From: a virus
Lineage: Duplodnaviria; Caudoviricetes
Virus record (IMG/VR): IMGVR_UViG_3300028197_000002
Reading direction: 5' to 3' (one strand)
DNA length: 64,000 bases
Shown here: piece by piece, positions 19,708 to 29,056 of the stretch
How the letters are laid out: every line of letters starts with the position of its first letter
How positions within the stretch are numbered: position 1 is the stretch's first letter
Made by a program: the position numbers and the translations under genes
Notes under the pieces: generated by a model
Databases searched by the model: none
What the model saw: only the letters and a program-made list of their open reading frames with translations
What the model was told of the DNA's origin: nothing

Positions 19708-22605
19708 ATGCCGTTTATGTCGTCTTTTTCGGGATCTTTTGGCGTAGGAAGAAGATCAAATTCAATTAAATTTGGACTTACAAAGCCACATAGAATTATA
19801 GCTCATTATAGTCCCGGTAATTCTAGTAGTTATGGCGGAAGTGGAGCAACATTAGTAGATTTAACAAACAATAATTATGATGCAAATATTGTAGGAAGTC
19901 CTCCTTTTAACACAGATAACTTTCTTATTGAATCTGGAGATTACATATCTACGCCTTCACTAGACGCAGACATTAATAGCAGTAGTGAAAATCATACTTT
20001 GGAAATATGGTGCTATCCAACAGGAGATGGTGTTGTTGCTCAATATTGTGGTCAAGTAACCCCAAACACAGGTTATCACCACTCGGCAATAGAGATAGTA
20101 TCTGGACAAGTGGAATTTGGATTATTGAGCATAAGTAGCCTTGTTAGTTCTGGGCCTACTGGAAGCATAAATTTAAATACTTGGAATCAAATAGTTTTAA
20201 CATATGACGGTTCTTACATTAGAGGTTTTGTGAATGGCCAAAGAGTTACAAAGACTTCGGTTTCGTGGACATCCCCAGCAGATGGCAGCTTGCCATTACA
20301 TATGGTTTTTGGAGCATCTGCCACAACGAACCAAGGAGACGGAACTGATTTTGATGGAAATTTAGGAATTATTAGGATTTACGATAGGAAGTTAAGTCGT
20401 AGTTCAATTTTAAGAAATTATAAACATGATTTAGAAACTCACTCTGCAATTGTTATAACGGACACTCCAGATGGATTTGATGATCCTGTTGTGTCTGGAG
20501 AGATGGCAACAAGTACTTTGTTGGGCGGCGTGGATGATTCTGTTGCAGCATTAACAGCAAAACTTAAACCTAATCATAGGTTTATTGTTCCTGCTAGTTG
20601 GATTGAGAGTAATGTTTTGCCTAATCTTTCTTCAGATCAATCCAAAGTTTTTTTTGGTGTTCCAAAAGATAGTGCCAATTGGAGTGATGTTGCATTGTCA
20701 GATGATTTTTGGGCGGTGTTTAGGATTGAAAGAGATAGCTCAACACAGCATAATTCTTATTTAAATATTACAGGAAGCAGTCCTGATTATGATGAGGCCA
20801 CTGTTTCATCTTTATCATCTGCTTTTTATGATTATGCAATTGAATGGGACGGAAGCAATCTTCATGTAATTGCCACCACTTCAAATGACATTAGCACTCA
20901 AACTGGTGTTTCTGATGGTGGTTCTTTCACTAGGGTTGCAACCTACAGCAATTTTGCCTCAGAGCAGAGCAAGGTGAATGATGAGCTAACGCTTGTTATT
21001 GCTGTTGATGACGGCGGCAAGGTTGAACTTTCAGACACAGGGCTTAGTCAGATTAGAATACCTTGGAATACATCTACAACTGTTCTTTGTGGCGAATCCA
21101 GTAGTGGAAATGGAAACTATGGTTTTGTTAATGAGTCTACGTTTGATGAATCGGGCCAACACGCACCGAGTGGCTTGTCTTATAGTGGAATTAGCTCTCT
21201 GAACGCTGGAGAAACTTACAAATTCATTTATGATCCATCAATGGAATCATCAGATTATATAGAGTTTAGGCTAGCGGAAGATGCCACTACCGTCTACACC
21301 CAAGGAATCACCACTTTTGATGGCACAAACTCTGGCGATCCAAACGCGGACCAAAACTACAAAGGAATTATTTTTACTGTTCCTGCCGATGTTCCTCCAC
21401 TAAGACTTTACCACTACAACAGCCATGGATCAGGATCTTATGACAACGGACGATATATAGATATGATTGGATCATCTGTTACATATGCAGTAGCTCCTGT
21501 TTCTACAAGTCAAGACGAAGGGACAGCTTTACAGTTTAATGTTACAACAACAGACGTTCCTGATGGAAAAACTATTTATTGGACGGCGAATCACTCATCA
21601 ACATCGGACGCAGATTTTGTAGAAAAATTGTTTAGCGTAACGGCGGGAAGTACAACTATATCAAATAATTCTGCTAGTTTTGATGTAACATCAGTGGCTG
21701 ATTCACTAACTGAAGGAAGCGAAACTTACTTTGTTGAAGTGCGTATAGGTATTGGTCAGACTATAGGGCTGATTGTTGCTACTAGTTCTACTGTAACTGT
21801 AAATGACACAAGTCAAAATGCATGGGACCCATCAACAGACATAACAACAGCTGCTTGGATTGATGCGTCAGATTCTTCAAATTACACAAGAAGTGGAACA
21901 TCACTACTTTCTGTGAACGATAAAGCAGGAACTTACACAATGTCAGTTGGTGGCAATCCTGTTACTAATTCAAGCACTCAAAACGGATTAAATATATTTG
22001 ATTTTGATGGTAATGGTGATTATCTACAAAGTACAACTTATTCAACACAAGCATCATCTGGTAATCATTGGGCAATCGGAGTTTTCAGGTATGAAAATGT
22101 AGACAGTAATAAAGATACTATTTGGAGTTATGAAACAAATGGTTCACCAAAACGAGATTATGCAATGAGTAGTGGCAACTCATCATCATGGACAGGAGAA
22201 TTAGATTTAGATGGTTTATCTAGCAATAGAATTAGTAGTTCAATCGGTAATGCGGAAGTTTGGAATTTGAAAAGTTTAACAAAAAACCAATATCATATAG
22301 TTGCTTGTTGGTTCAATAAGACAGGAAATCAAATTGGCGTTAGAATAGATGGTTCAAATGCATTCACACCAGTAAATGATTATGATAATTCATTGCAAAC
22401 AAACCAAGAATTAAGATTGATGAGAAACAGGTCGTCACAATCATTAGATGGAAAATTATCAGAGTTTTTTGCGGTGGCAGGTATTCCCGGTACAAGCGGA
22501 ACTGACTTGACTCATTTAATAAAAGCAGAAGGATATTTGGCTCATAAGTGGGGATTGGCGGGAAGTTTGCCAAGTAGTCATGCTTATAAAAATAGCGCTC
22601 CTTAA
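19708..22605 (+). CDS. Large receptor-binding/tail protein with LamG (concanavalin-like) domains
   Basis: TLEIW, WNQIVLTYDG..IRGFVNG, FDGNLGIIRIYDRKLS; second LamG-like C-terminal domain ending EGYLAHKWG. Confidence 0.8.
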   Translation: MPFMSSFSGSFGVGRRSNSIKFGLTKPHRIIAHYSPGNSSSYGGSGATLVDLTNNNYDANIVGSPPFNTDNFLIESGDYISTPSLDADINSSSENHTLEIWCYPTGDGVVAQYCGQVTPNTGYHHSAIEIVSGQVEFGLLSISSLVSSGPTGSINLNTWNQIVLTYDGSYIRGFVNGQRVTKTSVSWTSPADGSLPLHMVFGASATTNQGDGTDFDGNLGIIRIYDRKLSRSSILRNYKHDLETHSAIVITDTPDGFDDPVVSGEMATSTLLGGVDDSVAALTAKLKPNHRFIVPASWIESNVLPNLSSDQSKVFFGVPKDSANWSDVALSDDFWAVFRIERDSSTQHNSYLNITGSSPDYDEATVSSLSSAFYDYAIEWDGSNLHVIATTSNDISTQTGVSDGGSFTRVATYSNFASEQSKVNDELTLVIAVDDGGKVELSDTGLSQIRIPWNTSTTVLCGESSSGNGNYGFVNESTFDESGQHAPSGLSYSGISSLNAGETYKFIYDPSMESSDYIEFRLAEDATTVYTQGITTFDGTNSGDPNADQNYKGIIFTVPADVPPLRLYHYNSHGSGSYDNGRYIDMIGSSVTYAVAPVSTSQDEGTALQFNVTTTDVPDGKTIYWTANHSSTSDADFVEKLFSVTAGSTTISNNSASFDVTSVADSLTEGSETYFVEVRIGIGQTIGLIVATSSTVTVNDTSQNAWDPSTDITTAAWIDASDSSNYTRSGTSLLSVNDKAGTYTMSVGGNPVTNSSTQNGLNIFDFDGNGDYLQSTTYSTQASSGNHWAIGVFRYENVDSNKDTIWSYETNGSPKRDYAMSSGNSSSWTGELDLDGLSSNRISSSIGNAEVWNLKSLTKNQYHIVACWFNKTGNQIGVRIDGSNAFTPVNDYDNSLQTNQELRLMRNRSSQSLDGKLSEFFAVAGIPGTSGTDLTHLIKAEGYLAHKWGLAGSLPSSHAYKNSAP

Positions 22606-22631
22606 AAAGATTTTTAAAAAACTTTAAATCG

Positions 22632-22659
22632 TTGCACATTTAATGCAAATTGATATAAT
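22632..22659 (+). promoter_or_regulatory. sigma70 promoter
   Basis: TTGCAC-16 bp-TATAAT with TG extension, upstream of infC. Confidence 0.65.
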
Positions 22660-22674
22660 TAAAAACAACAAAAC

Positions 22675-23187
22675 ATGAAAAGATTTGATTCAAATAAACC
22701 AGTCGGTCCTAGAAAAAACGAGCAGATTCGTTTTTCTACGGTTCTTGTAATTCACGGAAGTGAAAATTTGGGAGTTATGCATCCCAAAGAAGCTTTAAAA
22801 ATAGCAAAATCTCACAAACTTGATCTTGTCGAGGTTTCTCCCGATGCCAGACCTCCAGTTTGTAAAATAATGGATTATGGAAAATATAATTATTCAAATT
22901 CTAAATCTAAACAAAAAAACAAAAAACAAAAGACCAAAGAGGTTCGAATATCATGCAGAATTGGCGAGCATGATTTATTGACTAAAAGAAATTTAGCTGA
23001 AAAATTTCTAGGCCAAGGTCATAAAGTTTTGTTGAAATTAGAACTAAAAAGAAGAGAAAATATGTATAAGAATATTGGATTTTCTATGGTGAAAAAGTTT
23101 TGCGAGTATTTTGATGATTTTTCAATTAACAGACCTAATTTAGATGGAAGATTCATTACTTGTGTGATTGAGCCAAAAAATGTTTAG
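22675..23187 (+). CDS. infC: Translation initiation factor IF-3
   Basis: RKNEQIR, LDLVEVSPDARPPVCKIMDYGKY, KEVRI...IGEHDL.TK...FL..GHKV. Confidence 0.95.
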   Translation: MKRFDSNKPVGPRKNEQIRFSTVLVIHGSENLGVMHPKEALKIAKSHKLDLVEVSPDARPPVCKIMDYGKYNYSNSKSKQKNKKQKTKEVRISCRIGEHDLLTKRNLAEKFLGQGHKVLLKLELKRRENMYKNIGFSMVKKFCEYFDDFSINRPNLDGRFITCVIEPKNV

Positions 23188-24088
23188 ACAAATAAAGAAT
23201 TATTCTCCAAAAGTAATTCACAAAACTCTTGGCGAGGTTGGTCTTGACTTTTATAACTTTGCCGATCAGATAGACCTAGATCACCCTGACATTAATTACT
23301 TTTCTTTTTCTGATAAAATTAATCAGTCTTTTTCTTTGGTGGATCTAGCAATAAAAAATAATTTATCAGATTCTATTGACGGAATAGAAAATCTTTACTT
23401 CAAAGAGATTGAATTTTATAAAAAAATACATTGCTTGGAAAAAGCTTTTCCTAGATTTCTTAATTCTAGGAAAAAGATAGAAATGATAAGGAGATCTAAA
23501 AAGATTTCTGATGTTTTTTTAAGCACATTTAAAAAAACTCCTAGAACTATTTGGGACAACCTTCCATTTGATTTTGAAATTTTTCTAAAGAACAAAAGCT
23601 ATGAAAAATATTTAAAAGAAGCCGAAGAAACTTCGTGTAAATTTAGATATTTTGGATGTGATCAGATGGCAGATCACATAGATGATAATTTAAATAAAAT
23701 AAAATCTATATTTAAAAATAATTATTTTGGATACAAAGAACTAAGCATTTCAAATGCGGCAATCATTCTGGCTAAGATGCATGAGTTTAAATTAAGAAAT
23801 AATCATCGTGATTGTTCAATTTATTATAAAAAATTAAATTACAAACCAAAAGTTTATCCTATTCATGAGCTTGGTAGCATAAAAACAAAAAGGTTTACTA
23901 ATTTAATGGGTAGATTAGAAGAAAAGCCTCTTTTTGATCATTATTTTGTTGTTGTTCCTTCTTATTCTAATGATGGCAAGAATTTTTCTAATAGTGAAAT
24001 ATTGAATAAAATATCTAAAAATGATATCGTACCTGTAATTATGGGCGAAAGAGGTTTTAAGACTTATTTTATTTCTTATTGGATCTAG
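23180..24088 (+). CDS. Hypothetical protein
   Basis: ~300-aa ORF overlapping the infC end. Confidence 0.75.
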   Translation: MFRQIKNYSPKVIHKTLGEVGLDFYNFADQIDLDHPDINYFSFSDKINQSFSLVDLAIKNNLSDSIDGIENLYFKEIEFYKKIHCLEKAFPRFLNSRKKIEMIRRSKKISDVFLSTFKKTPRTIWDNLPFDFEIFLKNKSYEKYLKEAEETSCKFRYFGCDQMADHIDDNLNKIKSIFKNNYFGYKELSISNAAIILAKMHEFKLRNNHRDCSIYYKKLNYKPKVYPIHELGSIKTKRFTNLMGRLEEKPLFDHYFVVVPSYSNDGKNFSNSEILNKISKNDIVPVIMGERGFKTYFISYWI

Positions 24089-24097
24089 GAGTTGTAG

Positions 24098-24442
24098 ATG
24101 AAAATAGATGTAAATTTTAAAATCTCGGATAGTGCGGCGAAAGAGCTTAAAAAAGCCATGAAAGAATCAGACTCGGAAGGATCAAATGTAAGAGTAGGAG
24201 TTCAAGGAGGAGGTTGTTCAGGATTCATGTATCAATTGGGTTTTGAAGAAGCAGAAACTTTCAATGAAGAAAATGATATTCTTGAAATCCAAGAAGGAAT
24301 TAATGTTGTGATAGATAAGAAATCTGCGATTTTTTTGAATGACGTTATTTTAGAGTGGGTTGAAGACTTAAATCAAAGAGGATTTAAGTTCAATAATCCT
24401 AATGCAAACAAAAGTTGCGGTTGTGGTCAATCGTTTAGTTAA
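24098..24442 (+). CDS. iscA: A-type Fe-S carrier (IscA/HesB/ErpA family)
   Basis: VRVGVQGGGCSG and FKFNNPNA..SCGCGQSF. Confidence 0.95.
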   Translation: MKIDVNFKISDSAAKELKKAMKESDSEGSNVRVGVQGGGCSGFMYQLGFEEAETFNEENDILEIQEGINVVIDKKSAIFLNDVILEWVEDLNQRGFKFNNPNANKSCGCGQSFS

Positions 24443-24455
24443 ACAAGGTGTTTTT

Positions 24456-24842
24456 ATGAAGAATATAATTATTAGTAAAGATGAGTTAATTGAGCTGTGT
24501 GCCACTTCGTATGAGGTAGGGCATAGAGGATACGCCGATCAGTCAAATGATTTTGTAGAAAATTTAGTAGAAGACTTTCTAAAAGAGGTAGATTCCCCAG
24601 AAATATCAACTCGTTTGAAACCTAGCGTGAGTTCGAATGAAATCACATTTTGGGGAGGGGATGTGCCCGGAAACACTGACAATTCAGTGTTAAGCTATGG
24701 TGATTCTATTAGCGATCATCAAAGCATTGTTGTTACTGCTAATCCAAACTACGATGTTTCGGCATATACTTCCACTGCTCAAATAGAAATTCCGGAATAT
24801 GATTCCACTTTAAATTTAACTGTTGATAAAAACGAAACATAA
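24456..24842 (+). CDS. Hypothetical acidic protein
   Basis: ATG after AAGG. Confidence 0.65.
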   Translation: MKNIIISKDELIELCATSYEVGHRGYADQSNDFVENLVEDFLKEVDSPEISTRLKPSVSSNEITFWGGDVPGNTDNSVLSYGDSISDHQSIVVTANPNYDVSAYTSTAQIEIPEYDSTLNLTVDKNET

Positions 24843-24892
24843 TTTTGAAATTAGTTACTATTATATTTTTAGTCACAAGGAGACTTATTTAG

Positions 24893-25267
24893 ATGAATGA
24901 AATTTTAGGTGTAGATGGAGAACAAGTGCAAGTTAGCAAGTCAGTTCCATCTTTGAAAGATGTTGTGCCGTGTGGTTCTCAAGTTTTAGTTGAAGTATTA
25001 ACTGCTCAAGAAGCCATGGGTACTGTTCTCACGATTGAGGCAGATGCGGCGATTACAGGAGCGCCACAGGGCTATGTAAGAAAAATAGGCCCTCGTGGAA
25101 GTAATGATTGGGGATTTAACATTGGAGATAGAGTTACTCTTCATGGAAACTATACTCCAGTCACACAGCAAGTAGATAGAGAAAACTCTCACAGAGAGTG
25201 GATTTTAGTTGATCCTAATCAGGTAAAAGCTGTTTTGGTAGAAAAAACAAGTTGCTGTAAATCTTAA
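24893..25267 (+). CDS. groES: GroES-like co-chaperonin
   Basis: VVPCGSQVLVE...QGYVRKIGP...IGDRV...ILV...VKAVL. Confidence 0.75.
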   Translation: MNEILGVDGEQVQVSKSVPSLKDVVPCGSQVLVEVLTAQEAMGTVLTIEADAAITGAPQGYVRKIGPRGSNDWGFNIGDRVTLHGNYTPVTQQVDRENSHREWILVDPNQVKAVLVEKTSCCKS

Positions 25268-25362
25268 AAAATATGCAATATATTTTGATTTGTTTATTGT
25301 TTATGTTTTTTGTATTTTGTATAACCGCAAGAGACAGATAATGCAAATCTAGATTTGGATTT

Positions 25363-26304
25363 ATGAAAGATTACTATAAAGTTTTATGTGTTTCTATTGA
25401 TTCTAGCAAAGAAGAAATAGAGAGAGCGTATAGAAAACTTGCATTTAAATACCACCCCGACAGAAATATTAATTTAAAAGCTGCTACTAAAAAATTTTTA
25501 GAAGTTCAAGAAGCTTATGAATATTTAAAAAATAAAAAAACATCGTTTACTTTTAAGAAAAATAAAGTAGACGATGTTTTTGACAATATATTCTCTAAAT
25601 TTTTTGGTGATCAAAAAAAAGAAAACAACTCCACAAAAGTAAGATTAAAAATATCGTTAGAGGAATGTTATAAAGGTTGCGTCAAAGATGTTTTAATTGA
25701 CGAGCATTCTTTTTGCGAAAATTGTCAAGGTACGGGTGGAGTTAAATGGGATCATTGCGACAAATGTAGTGGCAAAGGATTTGTTTATGAAGGTGGAATT
25801 GTTTCTATACAATCTTGCTGCATATTTTGTGAAGGTAAAGGCTGTTGTATAAAAGAGAAATGTCTTGATTGCAAAGGGAATGGATTTTTAGTCAAGTCTA
25901 AAAAGAAAGTTTCTGTGACTGTTCCCAAAGGCATAAAAGATGAAACTCAAATAAGAATACCAGAAGCTTCTTTTGGAGAAGATTTGTATGTAGTTGTAAA
26001 TGTTCAAAAAGGAGATTTTTCAAGAAAAGATCAAGATTTAATTTCTGATCTTTATGTTCCTTATTCGAAATTGGTCTTGGGTGGAGTTGTGAATTTTGTT
26101 CTGTTTGATGAAAAAATAGAAGTAAAAATTAAGCCAAGAACACAGCCGGGATCTACTTTGCTAATTAAAAACAAAGGGTTTTCTTTTGTTGAAAATAAAA
26201 CAAATAAAGGAAATTTAATTTTTAATATAAAATTAAACATACCAATTTCTATTAATAAAAAATATAAAGATCTTCTTGAAAAATTATCTGAGTTTGATAA
26301 ATAA
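25363..26304 (+). CDS. dnaJ: DnaJ chaperone
   Basis: J-domain with HPD; four CxxCxGxG repeats; C-terminal VPKG/GNLI domain. Confidence 0.93.
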   Translation: MKDYYKVLCVSIDSSKEEIERAYRKLAFKYHPDRNINLKAATKKFLEVQEAYEYLKNKKTSFTFKKNKVDDVFDNIFSKFFGDQKKENNSTKVRLKISLEECYKGCVKDVLIDEHSFCENCQGTGGVKWDHCDKCSGKGFVYEGGIVSIQSCCIFCEGKGCCIKEKCLDCKGNGFLVKSKKKVSVTVPKGIKDETQIRIPEASFGEDLYVVVNVQKGDFSRKDQDLISDLYVPYSKLVLGGVVNFVLFDEKIEVKIKPRTQPGSTLLIKNKGFSFVENKTNKGNLIFNIKLNIPISINKKYKDLLEKLSEFDK

Positions 26305-26322
26305 TATAAACTGGAGATTAAA

Positions 26323-26544
26323 ATGAATAATAAAAACTTGATCGTGGCAGCAGTTACTCTTACTGTAGTTTTGTTTGCAACTATATCTTTTAATTTAGTT
26401 GTGAATCAAATTGCAGATAGGGTAATTCAAAAGTTGAAAAGAGATTATGTTCCCGGACCATACCAACCCGGATTTGACCCTGACAAAGTTGACCCAGCTA
26501 TTTTTAGGTCAGACTTTTCAAAGGCTAAGTTTCTTGAAGATTAA
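26323..26544 (+). CDS. Small membrane-anchored protein
   Basis: N-terminal hydrophobic helix; GGAG RBS; YVPGPYQPGFDPDKVDP. Confidence 0.7.
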   Translation: MNNKNLIVAAVTLTVVLFATISFNLVVNQIADRVIQKLKRDYVPGPYQPGFDPDKVDPAIFRSDFSKAKFLED

Positions 26545-26969
26545 TCTACTTCTATTTTTTGTATTTTAGAAGGTTCTTTTGTTAGATCGTCTTCGGATCT
26601 TTGAAAGATGACAGTTATTCTTTTACCTATTTCGGGTGTTTTTTGAATTCTGTTGAATTGATCTAAACTTAAATATAACTTGGTTCCATCTTTTAGTCCT
26701 ATGCAAATAGGATTGCTGTTTATGTCTATTTCAGATATAAACGAGCTTCTTACTACTTGTGGAATTAGAAGATCTAGTCGAGGCCCAACACCACCCAATT
26801 GATCAAAACGGCCCCAATTAGGCCCAGACCCAGTCCATGTGGCGGGAACTACTGCGCTTGTTGCAAAGTCATTATGTTTTCCCGGTGTTAATGGAAGGTT
26901 TTTTCCATGTGGAGTACGTGGCCTTTGATAAGCTCTTTCTGTTAAATGTAACCATTCTTTAAAATTCAT
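26541..26969 (-). CDS. Hypothetical late protein with CTS-like start
   Basis: Start reassigned to MNFKEWLHLTE; AATAAATA lies 5 nt upstream. Confidence 0.7.
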   Translation of the reverse strand: MNFKEWLHLTERAYQRPRTPHGKNLPLTPGKHNDFATSAVVPATWTGSGPNWGRFDQLGGVGPRLDLLIPQVVRSSFISEIDINSNPICIGLKDGTKLYLSLDQFNRIQKTPEIGKRITVIFQRSEDDLTKEPSKIQKIEVD

Positions 26970-27000
26970 AACTATATTTATTATAGCTGAGAGGAAAATT

Positions 27001-27276
27001 ATGAAACTTAATGTACTTGCCCCAATGATCACAGACGACAAAAAACTTGTTTTTATGGATTTTACTAGTGGAAAAACTTATAATATTAAATTAGAAAACA
27101 ACGAGTTTTCTTTAATAGAAATAGAAGAAGAAGCATCACAGGCTTGTTTTGAGGATATTGCAGAGCAACAAGCGGCAATGGCACCAGAGATACCTGTAGA
27201 CGAAATAAGAAGTGTTTTGGACACAGAAAAAGGACTTTCAAAACAAAATGAAAAACATATTTTTAGGAGAAAATGA
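27001..27276 (+). CDS. Hypothetical protein
   Basis: GAGG RBS; acidic ORF. Confidence 0.6.
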   Translation: MKLNVLAPMITDDKKLVFMDFTSGKTYNIKLENNEFSLIEIEEEASQACFEDIAEQQAAMAPEIPVDEIRSVLDTEKGLSKQNEKHIFRRK

Positions 27277-27515
27277 TGGCTGGAGAAGCAGAAAATGTAA
27301 ACTTTTCTTTGGGTGATATGCAAAGTGGCAATCAAAAAAGAACAAAAAGACAACTTAACCCATTAGAAGATATTAGTCTTCAACAGTTTTCGGATTGGTT
27401 GCACACGCAAAGACTTTCTAAGGATCAAAAACTAAAAGCCATTGAATCTGCTAAAAAAATGCCTACGGGATCTTTAGGTTTTTTGAAGCAAAATTTAATG
27501 AAATTTGTAAAATGA
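27273..27515 (+). CDS. Hypothetical protein
   Basis: AGGAG RBS; coupled ORF. Confidence 0.65.
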   Translation: MMAGEAENVNFSLGDMQSGNQKRTKRQLNPLEDISLQQFSDWLHTQRLSKDQKLKAIESAKKMPTGSLGFLKQNLMKFVK

Positions 27516-28021
27516 CAAGTAAACATGATATAAGTTACATTTCTAGAGATCCTTGGTCTGAATCTGGCGATGATGCGTCTAAAGTCGAAGTGCGTGTAAA
27601 GCCAGATAGGTGTGCGGCCAAAGATTATCATTTGCCTTCTTTTCATAAAGTTGAAACAAATATAAATGCAGATTCAGAAAAGTACATTCCAATTTACGGC
27701 TCAAGTTCAACAGAAGCTGACGTATTTGCTAATTTAGAAAAAGAAATATTAATTGGAAGTTCTTCTTGTTTGGTGTTTGATTGCGGTTTTAGTTTAGATG
27801 TTCCAACTGGATTTAGAATTAAAATTGATTCTAATATAAATTTAAAAAACAAAGGTGTTCTAGCCAATCATTTTTTAGATGAATCTTGCTATAATAATAA
27901 AAGCATTAGGATGAAAGTCTCTTTAATGAATGTTTCTAAAGAGCCTGTAGTAATACGCAAGGATGATAAAATAGCAATAATCTCCATAGAGCCTGTCTAC
28001 ATTTTTGATTGGAATAATTAA
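27512..28021 (+). CDS. Degenerate trimeric dUTPase-fold protein
   Basis: ADVFA, LVFDCGFSLDVPTGF, V.LMNVSKEPVVIRKDDKIA match the fold; RSG, GxIDxDYRG and C-terminal motif V are absent. Confidence 0.7.
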   Translation: MTSKHDISYISRDPWSESGDDASKVEVRVKPDRCAAKDYHLPSFHKVETNINADSEKYIPIYGSSSTEADVFANLEKEILIGSSSCLVFDCGFSLDVPTGFRIKIDSNINLKNKGVLANHFLDESCYNNKSIRMKVSLMNVSKEPVVIRKDDKIAIISIEPVYIFDWNN

Positions 28022-28036
28022 AGAGGAATTTAATTC

Positions 28037-28270
28037 ATGAAAGTATTTGCAGTTATAACGGTGGCGAGACAAGTAGATGGAGAGTATATTTTTATAAAAA
28101 CAGAAAAAGCATTTAAATCTGCTCAAAAGGCAGATGAATGTCTTAAAAAAATAAAGAGCAATACAGTGACTCCAGATGGAAAATGGAAGCCTCAAAAGAT
28201 TGAAACAGAAAATGGCGAAGCAATATGCCAATGTGAAGTTGGTGTTTTTGAATTAGATTTAGAAGATTAA
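28037..28270 (+). CDS. Hypothetical protein
   Basis: GAGG RBS; 77 aa. Confidence 0.7.
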   Translation: MKVFAVITVARQVDGEYIFIKTEKAFKSAQKADECLKKIKSNTVTPDGKWKPQKIETENGEAICQCEVGVFELDLED

Positions 28271-28272
28271 TG

Positions 28273-28300
28273 TTGACAATAATTTAAAATTTGTTCTAAT
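28273..28300 (+). promoter_or_regulatory. sigma70 promoter
   Basis: TTGACA-16 bp-TCTAAT. Confidence 0.55.
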
Positions 28301-28324
28301 TTAGAACTTAAAGAGGAAAAAAAT

Positions 28325-29056
28325 ATGGTTGATATCCCGCACAATCCGTTAGAAGGCGACAAGCCGGAATTAAATTTATCTTTGCAAAGTAATAGCGAAG
28401 AGCAAATATCAATAGTTATAGTTCACAAAGACAGGCCAGAATATCTGAATATTTGCCTTCAGTCTATAGCTGTTACTAGTGTGAATAATAACTATGAGAT
28501 TATCGTCGTAGATAATGATTCGGGACAAGATTCTCAAGATTTCTTAGACGAAATAAAAGATGAAGTTACTGTTGTTAAAAACGATAAGAATTTGTTCTGG
28601 GCAGAAGCCGCTAACAAGGGTGCGGAAAAAGCAGATAAAGATTCAAAATACATAGTTTTCATGCATTGTGATGTTGTCATAACAAATCCCGCTTGGTTAG
28701 ATTTGCTTGTTAATGTTTCTGAGTCCTCTGATTCTGGATTGGTAGGCTTGGAGCTTCAGTCATATTTCTTGCAAAGTCAAAAAGTAGATTTTGTTCAAGA
28801 ATGGCTCATGTTAACAACAAGAGATTGTTGGGAAAAAGTTGGTCCTTTCAATAAAAAGCTACCTCAAATCGGCGCTCCTTTTGTTTTTACATTAGATGCT
28901 CAATCGCAAGGTTTTAAGCCTCAAGTTATGAAAAACATTATAGCTCACCACTATAGAATATTTGCTTTAGATATTAATGAGTATGAAAGATTAATAGAAA
29001 AAGCAATGGCAACAATTCCAGAAGTTATGAGAGAAAGGCAAAGTGCCTCAGTATGA
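28325..29056 (+). CDS. Glycosyltransferase family 2
   Basis: ISIVIVH, YEIIVVDNDS, AANKG, VFMHCDV. Confidence 0.88.
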   Translation: MVDIPHNPLEGDKPELNLSLQSNSEEQISIVIVHKDRPEYLNICLQSIAVTSVNNNYEIIVVDNDSGQDSQDFLDEIKDEVTVVKNDKNLFWAEAANKGAEKADKDSKYIVFMHCDVVITNPAWLDLLVNVSESSDSGLVGLELQSYFLQSQKVDFVQEWLMLTTRDCWEKVGPFNKKLPQIGAPFVFTLDAQSQGFKPQVMKNIIAHHYRIFALDINEYERLIEKAMATIPEVMRERQSASV

